From Minisyncoccota bacterium (GTDB lineage: Bacteria > Patescibacteriota > Minisyncoccia > Phycocordibacterales > CAIZLB01), in NCBI GenBank assembly GCA_021734945.1, contig JAIPIA010000002.1, forward strand, positions 1-43,593: 43,593 nt of DNA, given 5' to 3'. Positions within the stretch are counted from its first letter, which is position 1; each line of letters opens with the position of its first letter. Both the position numbers and the translations under genes were made by a program. Below, in pieces: positions 15,954 to 23,838 of this stretch. The notes under the pieces were generated by a model that ran no database searches, had not been told where the DNA came from, and saw nothing but the letters and a program-made list of their open reading frames with translations.

Positions 15954-16256
15954 ATGCAACAGATCGAGCAAAAGAAAGTCTTAACAATCCGCATTCAACT
16001 CAGGGCACAACGAGACCTTCGCCTTAAATTGATAGGCATGATTGAAAGAGACAGAGGTCTTGGTATTGCGGGACCAGAAGAGACCCCTAACCTTCTCATC
16101 AGTGACGATCTGAAGGTTCTTTCAACAAAAAGAAATGGAATGAGAAGAGTCTTGTTGATTCAAGATACATCCAAAGCAACTCCAGCAGTGGAAGGAGAAA
16201 TCCAACTGATGACCCGTGAGGAAGTCTTGAGTATGGTGAAACGGCTAGTCCAGTAA
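15954..16256 (+). CDS. Hypothetical 100-aa soluble protein, compositionally atypical (island b)
   Basis: The ATG at 15954 is preceded by the SD GAGGA 8 nt upstream; the track's TTG start at 15939 is less likely. A strong terminator follows. Hand count of 15961-16020 gives 27/60 GC. Confidence 0.65.
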   Translation: MQQIEQKKVLTIRIQLRAQRDLRLKLIGMIERDRGLGIAGPEETPNLLISDDLKVLSTKRNGMRRVLLIQDTSKATPAVEGEIQLMTREEVLSMVKRLVQ

Positions 16257-16265
16257 CAGACACCC

Positions 16266-16327
16266 GACCCGTGTACCTAATGTAAAACTTGAAAGAGTAG
16301 TGCATTAGGTATGCGGGTCATTTTTTT
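16266..16327 (+). terminator. Rho-independent terminator with a 17-bp stem and T7 run
   Basis: gacccgtgtacctaatg (16266-16282) pairs with cattaggtatgcgggtc (16303-16319), including 2 G-U pairs. It is followed by ttttttt at 16321-16327. Confidence 0.85.
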
Positions 16328-16386
16328 ATGCGATTTTTATTTGAACAAATCAACATAAAAAAACTGTGACCTTTGGTCAAAAAGAC

Positions 16387-17067
16387 CTAAAACATAGCCA
16401 CCTTCATCCCTTTTCGTATTTGCAGATAATTTGGAATTGTCCGCTCAACTAATTTCCAAAAATTTGGACCATGATTAAATTCTGCCAAATGGCAAAGTTC
16501 ATGAACAACGACATAATCTATTTCTTCTGGAAGCAGCAATGCAAGCTTGTGGCTAAAGTTTAAATTTCCTTTACGTGAGCAACTTCCCCATCTGGTTGAA
16601 ACTTTTTTTACTCGCACATCTTTATATGTGAAATTATAAAATGTATTGAAGTACTTCAATCGCTCGGTGACAATATGTAGTGTTTTTACTTTGAGTTCTT
16701 TTTCAGAAAGTTTTGATGCTGAAATTGGCGCCTGAGATGCCGGATTAGAACTTGAATCCCCTAGTCCGTTTCCATCTCCACCTATGTTTCCATTTCCATG
16801 CACATCTCCATTTCCAGCTCCATTTAAATCACGTAGTTTGCGTAGTTTATTTATTTTTTTTTGAAGTTTTATATATTTTTCTCTCTGCTTTTCTATCCAT
16901 TCTTTTTTTGTCACAACAAAATGCTCCGCTTTAGATAAAAGCATGTTTTGTAAAATAGAAGCACGACGAAATGGAACATTCACAACACAAGAACCATCAC
17001 GTTTTACTGTGATGCTTATTCGTTTTGCTCGACGGTTTATTTTAAATGTATAGTCTAGGAAATTCAT
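16387..17067 (-). CDS. DUF45/YgjP-like (M48/SprT-like) zinc metallopeptidase with an internal G/N/D-rich insert
   Basis: The family signatures RWGSCS...LNFSHKL and IDYVVVHELCHLAEFNHGPNFW (HExxH) are present. Confidence 0.85.
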   Translation of the reverse strand: MNFLDYTFKINRRAKRISITVKRDGSCVVNVPFRRASILQNMLLSKAEHFVVTKKEWIEKQREKYIKLQKKINKLRKLRDLNGAGNGDVHGNGNIGGDGNGLGDSSSNPASQAPISASKLSEKELKVKTLHIVTERLKYFNTFYNFTYKDVRVKKVSTRWGSCSRKGNLNFSHKLALLLPEEIDYVVVHELCHLAEFNHGPNFWKLVERTIPNYLQIRKGMKVAMF

Positions 17068-17162
17068 CTTGATTTATTAGCCAACAACAACTGAGTATTT
17101 CAGTGGATGATTGTGGTGAATGTAGACATTCTACACGGTCAAATTATGTGAAGTAAACATCC

Positions 17163-17200
17163 CCCGACCGTGCACTGCCTAAGCAGGTACACATGTCGGG
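17163..17200 (-). other. GC-rich hairpin downstream of island c gene (possible terminator, weak U-tract)
   Basis: The minus strand reads CCCGACATGTGTACCTGCTTAGGCAGTGCACGGTCGGG. Its first 16 nt match the 5' arm of the 16266 hairpin at 14 of 16 positions. Confidence 0.65.
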
Positions 17201-17246
17201 AGATATGTTGTTCACGAACTTCTATAAGATTGTTTTGAGGAATAGC

Positions 17247-17672
17247 TCAGTGCCTCATCCTACGTCCTACATGACGCAGAAAATGGAAGAGAAACATCAT
17301 GGAATAAACAGTCGTCAGAGGTACAGCACAAGTGTTCGCAGTTCGTTCAAAATTTGACATCGTCTTAATATGTTCAAAGAGCGGCAGTACATAGCCGAAA
17401 GAAGGATATATAAACAATGAGATGTTGAGAGAAAACAGAAACCAGAGCAAAGCAAGAGCAACAAACCAAAGCGCACCTAGCGTAAAAGACGCCATAATGC
17501 TCTCTTCACCGTCTTTATCCTCAAAGTCCAGCTTCAGACTGAGGTTCTTTGCAGTCTGATCAACGTGATCATTAATGGAACAGATAATTGCCCAGGAAGA
17601 GACGACGAATCGCCCGACACCAGAGATACACGCAAAAATGAAACGAGAAAGACCAACAGTTTTACTTTTCAT
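17247..17672 (-). CDS. Hypothetical multi-pass membrane protein, compositionally atypical (island c)
   Basis: The start is set at ATG 17672 (MKSKTVGLSRFIF...), because the track's TTG start at 17801 lies upstream of the predicted promoter. There are 3-4 hydrophobic segments. Hand count of 17521-17580 gives 25/60 GC. Confidence 0.55.
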   Translation of the reverse strand: MKSKTVGLSRFIFACISGVGRFVVSSWAIICSINDHVDQTAKNLSLKLDFEDKDGEESIMASFTLGALWFVALALLWFLFSLNISLFIYPSFGYVLPLFEHIKTMSNFERTANTCAVPLTTVYSMMFLFHFLRHVGRRMRH

Positions 17673-17782
17673 AGGAATGATAGGACTATGTGATTTGGGA
17701 CAGCAAGATTGCCAAGCTGAAACGAACGAATGAGAATCTTTGCAAGACTGGGTATTAGCCCACTCACATTTTCTCAAAAAAA

Positions 17783-17811
17783 ATAGTACCGATTCACTCA
17801 AAATCTGTCAA
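17783..17811 (-). promoter_or_regulatory. Promoter TTGACA-N17-TACTAT for island c gene
   Basis: The minus strand reads TTGACAgattttgagtgaatcggTACTAT. The -35 lies 4 nt from the ABC-F stop codon. Confidence 0.6.
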
Positions 17812-17814
17812 ATA

Positions 17815-19425
17815 CTAATCCTCCTTTATCTCAGCTTGAGGTACCATACCACTTACCTTAACATCGCCACTCATTTCATCAAGAAGGTCACCCAGATCTT
17901 TCCATCGCGGAGTTACAGTTTGTTCGCCGATTACCCAAAACAGCTCAGGTGCAAATTCTTGAATAAATTCATAATCGTGACTCACAAGTAAAATTGTACT
18001 CTTTGAAACTTTACAAGAGTGCAACAAAACTTCCCATGTTACTTCATCGATATGGTTTGTGGGTTCATCGAGAATAAGAAAATCAGGTTTTTGGCCAAAT
18101 ACAATAGCAAAACGTAATCGCATTCGCTCACCTCCAGAAAGTGAACCTATTTTTGTTTGCATTTTTTTGAGATCAAAACGCATTGCACCAAGTGCAGATC
18201 GAGCTTCAACATCAAAGCAGTTGAGTTTTTTCATAACTACATCAACTGGATTTGCATCAGCATCAAACTGCATATGCTGATCAAAGTACGCGAAACTTAC
18301 AGGCTTCTCTGGCACACGAGACGTTGGATCATATGTTCCCATTGCCCAAGTCACAGCACCTTCTGTTGGAGTAAGGTCACCTGTCAAAGATTTGAGGAAT
18401 GTAGACTTGCCGGCCCCATTTCGTCCAAGGAGAGCAATGTGTGAACCACTTCTAACTTCAAGTGACACGTCTTTGAATGTAAATGCTTTCGCATCAGGAT
18501 ATTTAAATCCAAGCTTAGTTGTGCGCATTAAAAGTTTTCCATCATGGAATCCTTCACCACCTTGTGAAATTTTTACACGAGCCTTTTTATCATCTGGTCG
18601 TCCCGTATCTTTATGACTCGCTTTGAGTTCATTGAGCTCTTTGAGTTTCCGCTGATATGCAGAAACTTCTTTTCCACGAATAGCTTTTTGTTTCAAAATA
18701 ACAATTGTATTTTGCAATTGTTTGATTCGTTTTGTTTCTGTGTCAAAAGCTCTCTGCATTCCTCCAATTCGTTCCATTTTGTTTTCGATATAATCATCAT
18801 ACCCACCTTCTGAAATATGCACTTGTCCGTTTGCGAGCTCTGCAACTTTTGTTGCAATAGAATCAATAAGAAGTCGATCGTGAGAAATAAAGACAACACC
18901 ACCTCGATAATCTTGAAGCATTCGAATAAGGACCATACGACTCACGATGTCAATGTGGTTTTCAGGTTCATCGAGAAGTATAAAATCTGGATTTCCAGCA
19001 AACGCCACTGAGAGCATCAGAATCTTCTGCTGACCTCCTGAGAATGATCCACAAACAGAATCGGCTTCGTCATCTCTTGGTGCAATTTTTTCCAAATCAA
19101 ATCCCAGTTCTTTTGAAATACTATATACTCGTTTTGTAAGAGAGATACCGATATTTGATTCTATATATTCAGAGACGGTTTTCTTAACACTTTCATGAGG
19201 AAATTCCTGTGGAATATATACTGCACGAATGTGTCCACTTCTTTCTACTACGCCTTCATCAGCTTCTATCTCGCCACAAAGAATCTTAAGTAAAGTAGAT
19301 TTTCCAGCACCGTTTTCTCCAAGAATACAAAGTCGCTCATTTTCATTACATTTCAAAGAAACGCCAGTAAAGATCGTTCGGTCTCCATATGCGTATTCTA
19401 TTTTTTTGAGATTTATGTATTTCAT
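17815..19425 (-). CDS. ABC-F family ATPase (two tandem ABC domains, no TM domain)
   Basis: Walker A GENGAGKST and GRNGAGKST, signatures FSGGQQ and LSGGER, Walker B ILLDEPENHID and LILDEPTNHID, plus a charged interdomain linker. Confidence 0.92.
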   Translation of the reverse strand: MKYINLKKIEYAYGDRTIFTGVSLKCNENERLCILGENGAGKSTLLKILCGEIEADEGVVERSGHIRAVYIPQEFPHESVKKTVSEYIESNIGISLTKRVYSISKELGFDLEKIAPRDDEADSVCGSFSGGQQKILMLSVAFAGNPDFILLDEPENHIDIVSRMVLIRMLQDYRGGVVFISHDRLLIDSIATKVAELANGQVHISEGGYDDYIENKMERIGGMQRAFDTETKRIKQLQNTIVILKQKAIRGKEVSAYQRKLKELNELKASHKDTGRPDDKKARVKISQGGEGFHDGKLLMRTTKLGFKYPDAKAFTFKDVSLEVRSGSHIALLGRNGAGKSTFLKSLTGDLTPTEGAVTWAMGTYDPTSRVPEKPVSFAYFDQHMQFDADANPVDVVMKKLNCFDVEARSALGAMRFDLKKMQTKIGSLSGGERMRLRFAIVFGQKPDFLILDEPTNHIDEVTWEVLLHSCKVSKSTILLVSHDYEFIQEFAPELFWVIGEQTVTPRWKDLGDLLDEMSGDVKVSGMVPQAEIKED

Positions 19426-19436
19426 TTAAGAAGCCT

Positions 19437-19445
19437 ATAGTATCA
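19437..19445 (-). promoter_or_regulatory. Extended -10 TGaTACTAT, 11 nt upstream of ATG 19425
   Basis: The minus strand reads TGaTACTATaggcttcttaaATG. Confidence 0.6.
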
Positions 19446-19534
19446 GTCTTTTATGAGAATTGAAAATATCCCTTCTGACTTGATTAGTAATATAAAAAGT
19501 GAACCTACATGTCACGGGCGATTGATTTATGAGT

Positions 19535-19587
19535 AAAAAACAATGCTCCGCCTCGGGACCCTTTCAGGTAAACCGTAAGCGGAGCAT
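19535..19587 (-). terminator. Terminator of island d gene: 9-bp GC-rich stem, 27-nt loop, U6
   Basis: atgctccgc (19543-19551) pairs with gcggagcat (19579-19587). The minus strand continues tgtttttt. Confidence 0.7.
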
Positions 19588-19620
19588 CTATGTTTGGAGG
19601 CGTGAACCTCGGTACGAACA

Positions 19621-20115
19621 TCAAGCTGCCTTTCGTTCCGACTCTTCAATCAATTCATTAAAGATCCTCCTCAGATCTTCCTGACCTGTTGGAACTAGAC
19701 CATAGCCCTTAGGTAGCCTTGGATCTTTATAGAAGAGATAAAATCTCCCTGGCCTCAGAATTGGAGCTAAGCGCAGAGCATCAACTGAAGTTGAGTTGTA
19801 ACCATCAGGCAAAATCAGATGAACTTTTTCTGTGCCTGTCTTACGCCTTCGGAACTGAGGAATCATCACGAGTTTTGATTTCCTGACTTCATTTTCAGGT
19901 ATCTTTAGCCACAAATTCATAAAATCAAACAGTGGCCTAGGGATTCTATTTGTCTCAGTCCACTTTCTCAAAGTCAGATAAGGAATCCCTGTTTTCTTAG
20001 AAAAACAACTTAGACCTCCCACCTTCATATTGAAGTAATCGTTTATTTTCCTATAGAACCACCTATCCTTCTCCGTCCGTTTCTTAGGAGTAGTTTTTTT
20101 ATCATCCTTTTGCAT
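19621..20115 (-). CDS. Hypothetical 164-aa protein with a putative N-terminal HTH, compositionally atypical (island d)
   Basis: The ATG at 20115 is preceded by the SD GAGAGG 6 nt upstream. The HTH-like stretch is LSCFSKKTGIPYLTLRKWTETNRIPRP. Hand count of 19681-19740 gives 26/60 GC. Confidence 0.7.
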   Translation of the reverse strand: MQKDDKKTTPKKRTEKDRWFYRKINDYFNMKVGGLSCFSKKTGIPYLTLRKWTETNRIPRPLFDFMNLWLKIPENEVRKSKLVMIPQFRRRKTGTEKVHLILPDGYNSTSVDALRLAPILRPGRFYLFYKDPRLPKGYGLVPTGQEDLRRIFNELIEESERKAA

Positions 20116-20218
20116 TACTAACCTCTCTTTCCAGCCAATTTAAGGCGTTTATTGTTGTTATGTTGTCTACATTGGGCTTATTGAAAAGCTCTCACGTAGG
20201 GTGCAATCTGGCACAGAA

Positions 20219-20245
20219 TATACAATAATATACTGTATTTGTATA
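20219..20245. promoter_or_regulatory. Inverted repeat TATACAA-N13-TTGTATA in the divergent intergenic region
   Basis: The arms are at 20219-20225 and 20239-20245. This is a candidate operator; no protein-binding evidence is available. Confidence 0.35.
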
Positions 20246-20299
20246 GGGTGACTAAACAATCTTAAATTAGGTTAATCTCTGCTCACTTTACTACTCATC

Positions 20300-20319
20300 C
20301 TACTAAACACATTTAGTAG
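20300..20319. other. Palindrome CTACTAAA caca TTTAGTAG
   Basis: Perfect 8-bp arms read directly from the sequence. Confidence 0.8.
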
Positions 20320-20415
20320 ATAACTTCCTCTTACTTTTTTATAAACATAGTATAATAATACTCGTACATTATTAAATAATTGTTCCACAGTACAGTATAG
20401 ATTCAACATAATATT

Positions 20416-21336
20416 ATGAACGTTTTACATTCAACAACAAAAAATCACCTCTTTAATACAGGTGTGATCGCTACCCTCATGTGTGTCCTTGCTCTTGGTG
20501 GTTTCCAAACGGCAAACGCACAAGACGAAACCAGTGAAGGAGCTCCGAGACCAACCCTTCGAAAAGATGCAGTAGTTGATAAAAAAGAAATTCGAACAAC
20601 AGCACAAACTGTCCGAAAAGAAATCCGACAAATTGCGACATCAACACGGGGAACTATTCTACAAAATAGTAAAGGAATCGCGAACACTATACGAGAGGAA
20701 GGTAAAGATGGTTCTATGAGTAGAGCCAGTACAACAAAAGCTCTCAAAGACAACCGCGCGTCTACGACAGAAGCTATGAGAGCTAACCGTGCAAGCACTA
20801 CAGAAGCGATAAAAGCCAACAGAGAAGCAATGCTAAAAAATATTAAGGACAGACAAGATTCACTAAAAAAACAAATTGATGCCAAGCGAACTGAAAAAAG
20901 ACAAAAGCTAGATGACAAAAAGAAAGCTACAGTAGATGCAGCACTTCAAAATATTTTTAAAAGATTAGTTGAAAAGGTTGGGAAATTGGCAACTATTGAT
21001 GTTCGACTAAACGCTAAAGTTACAGAACTTCAAGCAAAAGGCACAGACGTAAGCACTGCGTCATCACTTCTAATCACTGCTAAAGCTGCTTTAAATAAAG
21101 CACGTATTGATGTAGATGCAACTCGTAACCTTGCTACACAGCAAACATCAACTTCTACATCTAAAGAAATTCTTAAAAGTTTGGTAGATACAGCTCAATC
21201 AAGTATTGAGTCAGCAGCTGACGCATACAAAAAAGTGGGAGAAAACTTGAGACCGTATCTTGAGCTTTCGACGAGCGCTTCGAACACTTCCGTAACAACT
21301 GATGATCAGGTCACAACATCATCATCTTCAAATTAA
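20416..21336 (+). CDS. Secreted coiled-coil protein with 11-aa tandem repeats
   Basis: The signal-like N-terminus is GVIATLMCVLALGGFQTANAQ. The repeats read SRASTTKALKD / NRASTTEAMRA / NRASTTEAIKA / NREAMLKNIKD (20719-20850). Confidence 0.8.
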   Translation: MNVLHSTTKNHLFNTGVIATLMCVLALGGFQTANAQDETSEGAPRPTLRKDAVVDKKEIRTTAQTVRKEIRQIATSTRGTILQNSKGIANTIREEGKDGSMSRASTTKALKDNRASTTEAMRANRASTTEAIKANREAMLKNIKDRQDSLKKQIDAKRTEKRQKLDDKKKATVDAALQNIFKRLVEKVGKLATIDVRLNAKVTELQAKGTDVSTASSLLITAKAALNKARIDVDATRNLATQQTSTSTSKEILKSLVDTAQSSIESAADAYKKVGENLRPYLELSTSASNTSVTTDDQVTTSSSSN

Positions 21337-21372
21337 TATCGAATTTATCTTTATCTAAATTTAATTAACAAC

Positions 21373-21702
21373 ATGGATCCAAAAACAAACAACCAAATGA
21401 ATTCTATGTACCAAGCTCCTGTTGGTCCACAGCCTGAACATAAAACTTCTATTGTTTCAATAGTAATTCTACTTATTATTGCAATACTAGTAGCAGTACT
21501 CGGCTTTGGTAGGATTAATAACCTCAAAGAAGAAGCTGCAAAAATTAATAATCAAAATATGATGCAGCAAAAATCAGCTCAAGATCGACAACGAGCAGAA
21601 CAAGCAAAAAAAGTTGAGGATGCGAGCATACTCAATGATTTAGATAATATCTCTGCAGATGAAAATGCTGAAGATATGACAAAGATTGATGCATCTTTCT
21701 AG
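21373..21702 (+). CDS. Hypothetical single-pass membrane protein
   Basis: 109-aa ORF with the TM segment SIVSIVILLIIAILVAVLGFG and a charged tail. Confidence 0.7.
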   Translation: MDPKTNNQMNSMYQAPVGPQPEHKTSIVSIVILLIIAILVAVLGFGRINNLKEEAAKINNQNMMQQKSAQDRQRAEQAKKVEDASILNDLDNISADENAEDMTKIDASF

Positions 21703-21730
21703 ATAATCATTTTGTAAGTTATAAGTGCCA

Positions 21731-21767
21731 AAACAAAAAACACCTCGACTAGGGGTGTTTTTTGTTT
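21731..21767. terminator. Bidirectional terminator between convergent genes
   Basis: aaacaaaaaacacc (21731-21744) pairs with ggtgttttttgttt (21754-21767). Confidence 0.85.
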
Positions 21768-21791
21768 ATACCCGTAGACTTACTTTGTTAT

Positions 21792-23699
21792 CTATCTTGA
21801 GCCAGTTAGAAAGTCTCTAATACGTTCATCAATTCGTACATCCTGTGCTCGTAGTGGATTTTTGAGAGTAATGCCTTGCAAACTCCTAACACGAGAAAGT
21901 GCCACATAAGCTTGTCCGTGTGCAAATGTTCCTCTACCAAAATCTATAATAGCTGTATCAAACGTCTTACCTTGACTTTTATGTATTGTAACTGCCCATG
22001 CAAGTTTAATTGGGATTTGAGTATACTTTCCAATTACCTCTGAACCAAGCTGATCAGATATTTCATCATATTCATAACGAACCATTTCCCAAGTGTCTCC
22101 TACGACTTCTTCAACTCTACCATCTTCAAACCTAATTCGAACTGAGGCATCCAACATTTTTTCAACAGTACCTATGTCTCCATTCACCCACTTTCCTCCT
22201 GGATCATTTTTCAAAGTCATAACCTGTGCTCCAAGTTTAAGCACTAATTGCTCTGGGGCTGGAGTATTTTTTTGTTCAAAGCGCCCAACAAGTGCTCCTT
22301 TATATGTTTTTGATGGAGTTTTTATTTCCTCCAATTTCTCTGCATTTATTTTATCAGCAAGAGCATTTGTTGTTACGAGATATACGGTGAGTTTTTTGAT
22401 ACTCTCAGTAAGACTGTTTGTGTCCAGATTTTGAGTTATAGAGTTTTGAGAAGAGGTATCTGCTGAACTTTTCATTCCAAAACTTAGACCTTTTATTCCG
22501 CTCATATCAAATTGTTTCTTGAGATCCTGGAGAAGTTTCTGCTTTTCTGAATACTGCTCAGAATTTTGATTTTGACTTACATTATCTTTCTGGGATTTTT
22601 GATTCTTGTGTTCACGCATGATAATATTTCCTTCCTCGTCTCTCTCCTCGCCGTCTATAGGCACACCCTCATCATTTACATACAATGAATCACCTACTGC
22701 AATATCTTCAGTTTGAACATCTGTTAGCACAACTTTCTTTCCATCAATTTCTAAACACATTCTATTAATGTATTCCACATGTTGCATATCCGCCTCACCT
22801 GTACGAATCTTATCCAAGATATCTATAAAGACGGGGTCTTGCTGACGATATACATGAGTAAGTTCTATAATTTGAAAATTGCCACCCTTGTACGCTGGAG
22901 CATCAAAGAAATATGGACTTTCATACTTTGTCTCAAAAATATAACCCTCACCTGGACCAACTACAGGTGGAAGTTGAAATAAATCACCTATCACAACAAT
23001 CTGCACTCCACCAAAAGGCTGATGTATATCTTTACCATTGAGACGTAGAAATCTATCTATACAATCAAATAAATCAGCGCGGACCATCGATATCTCGTCA
23101 ATAATAAGCATATCTATTTTTTGATACATTTTTTGGTCGATCTCGGCTGTTATCTTTTTGACATCATGCATAGTCATACCAATTTTAAATTTGAAAAAAC
23201 CATGAATAGTTTGACCTTTGACATTCAATGCAGCGACACCTGTTGGCGCCACCACCACTACATTCTTCTTTGTTGTCGAACGAAAATAACCGAGAAGTGT
23301 TGACTTACCCGTACCTGCTCGCCCTGTAATAAATAGATTCTCGTTTGTATTTTCTAAAGTATTTATTACATCTTTAGACTCATCTGAAAGTTTTAAACTT
23401 TTCCAAAATTCTTTTTCTTGCTCTTCCTTTTTTTGCTTATCCTTTAAACCTTGGTCTTTATCAATCTCGAAAGACATACCATCTATGATTTTTTTTCGAG
23501 CATCACTCTTGGCATATTTTGAAAACTTTGAATTAAAACTTGATCCACCAGTAGAACCTGCACCCCCAGAAGATTCAGCGCCTGCTCGCGCACTAAAATC
23601 ACCTCTTCTATTAGCAAAACTGCTGGACGGAATTTTTCGGCTTGGCCATTTTGTGCCACCATTTGAACTACCAAAAGAATTAGATTTAGAAAATGCCAT
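21792..23699 (-). CDS. PIF1/RecD-like SF1 DNA helicase with a disordered N-terminus and a large internal insert
   Basis: It has Walker A GRAGTGKST, Walker B LIIDEISMV, GDLFQLPPV and the C-terminal AVTIHKSQGKTFD. Confidence 0.88.
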   Translation of the reverse strand: MAFSKSNSFGSSNGGTKWPSRKIPSSSFANRRGDFSARAGAESSGGAGSTGGSSFNSKFSKYAKSDARKKIIDGMSFEIDKDQGLKDKQKKEEQEKEFWKSLKLSDESKDVINTLENTNENLFITGRAGTGKSTLLGYFRSTTKKNVVVVAPTGVAALNVKGQTIHGFFKFKIGMTMHDVKKITAEIDQKMYQKIDMLIIDEISMVRADLFDCIDRFLRLNGKDIHQPFGGVQIVVIGDLFQLPPVVGPGEGYIFETKYESPYFFDAPAYKGGNFQIIELTHVYRQQDPVFIDILDKIRTGEADMQHVEYINRMCLEIDGKKVVLTDVQTEDIAVGDSLYVNDEGVPIDGEERDEEGNIIMREHKNQKSQKDNVSQNQNSEQYSEKQKLLQDLKKQFDMSGIKGLSFGMKSSADTSSQNSITQNLDTNSLTESIKKLTVYLVTTNALADKINAEKLEEIKTPSKTYKGALVGRFEQKNTPAPEQLVLKLGAQVMTLKNDPGGKWVNGDIGTVEKMLDASVRIRFEDGRVEEVVGDTWEMVRYEYDEISDQLGSEVIGKYTQIPIKLAWAVTIHKSQGKTFDTAIIDFGRGTFAHGQAYVALSRVRSLQGITLKNPLRAQDVRIDERIRDFLTGSR

Positions 23700-23711
23700 A
23701 TTGTTTCGAAT

Positions 23712-23720
23712 ATCATATCA
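23712..23720 (-). promoter_or_regulatory. Extended -10 TGaTATGAT, 12 nt upstream of ATG 23699
   Basis: The minus strand reads gcaTGaTATGATattcgaaacaatATG. Confidence 0.55.
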
Positions 23721-23735
23721 TGCAGAGGTAAAGAC

Positions 23736-23774
23736 AAAACAGCACCAACGTGTCGATTTACGTGGTGCTGTTTT
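23736..23774 (-). terminator. Terminator after the DoxX gene
   Basis: aaaacagcaccaacg pairs with cgtggtgctgtttt, a stem of about 14 bp with one bulge, and is U-rich at the 3' end. Confidence 0.8.
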
Positions 23775-23838
23775 CCGAAGCAATTTGGCTATAATTTTAG
23801 GCTTTATTTCGAGACCAAACAATAGACCAAATAAAGAC

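Noticed and set aside
15799-15987. A 62-aa minus-strand ORF overlapping the island b leader and start, considered as a type I toxin or antisense peptide.
   Set aside because: It has a TTG start with no promoter or SD, and it lies antisense to a better-supported transcription unit. It is probably open only because the region is GC-rich.
16266-17200. Integron-like cassettes, with the hairpins behind islands b and c acting as attC sites.
   Set aside because: There is no intI integrase, no GTTRRRY core sites visible at the hairpin bases, and the units are not contiguous and carry their own promoters.
19604-19615. A second LexA-like site, GAACctcgGTAC, just after the island d stop codon.
   Set aside because: One half-site is mismatched (GTAC instead of GTTC). 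It lies between a stop codon and a terminator rather than in a promoter.
20445-20918. A 157-aa minus-strand ORF antisense to the secreted coiled-coil gene.
   Set aside because: It is a shadow of the repeat-rich sense frame, with Ser/Leu/Phe-rich nonsense composition and no promoter or terminator context.
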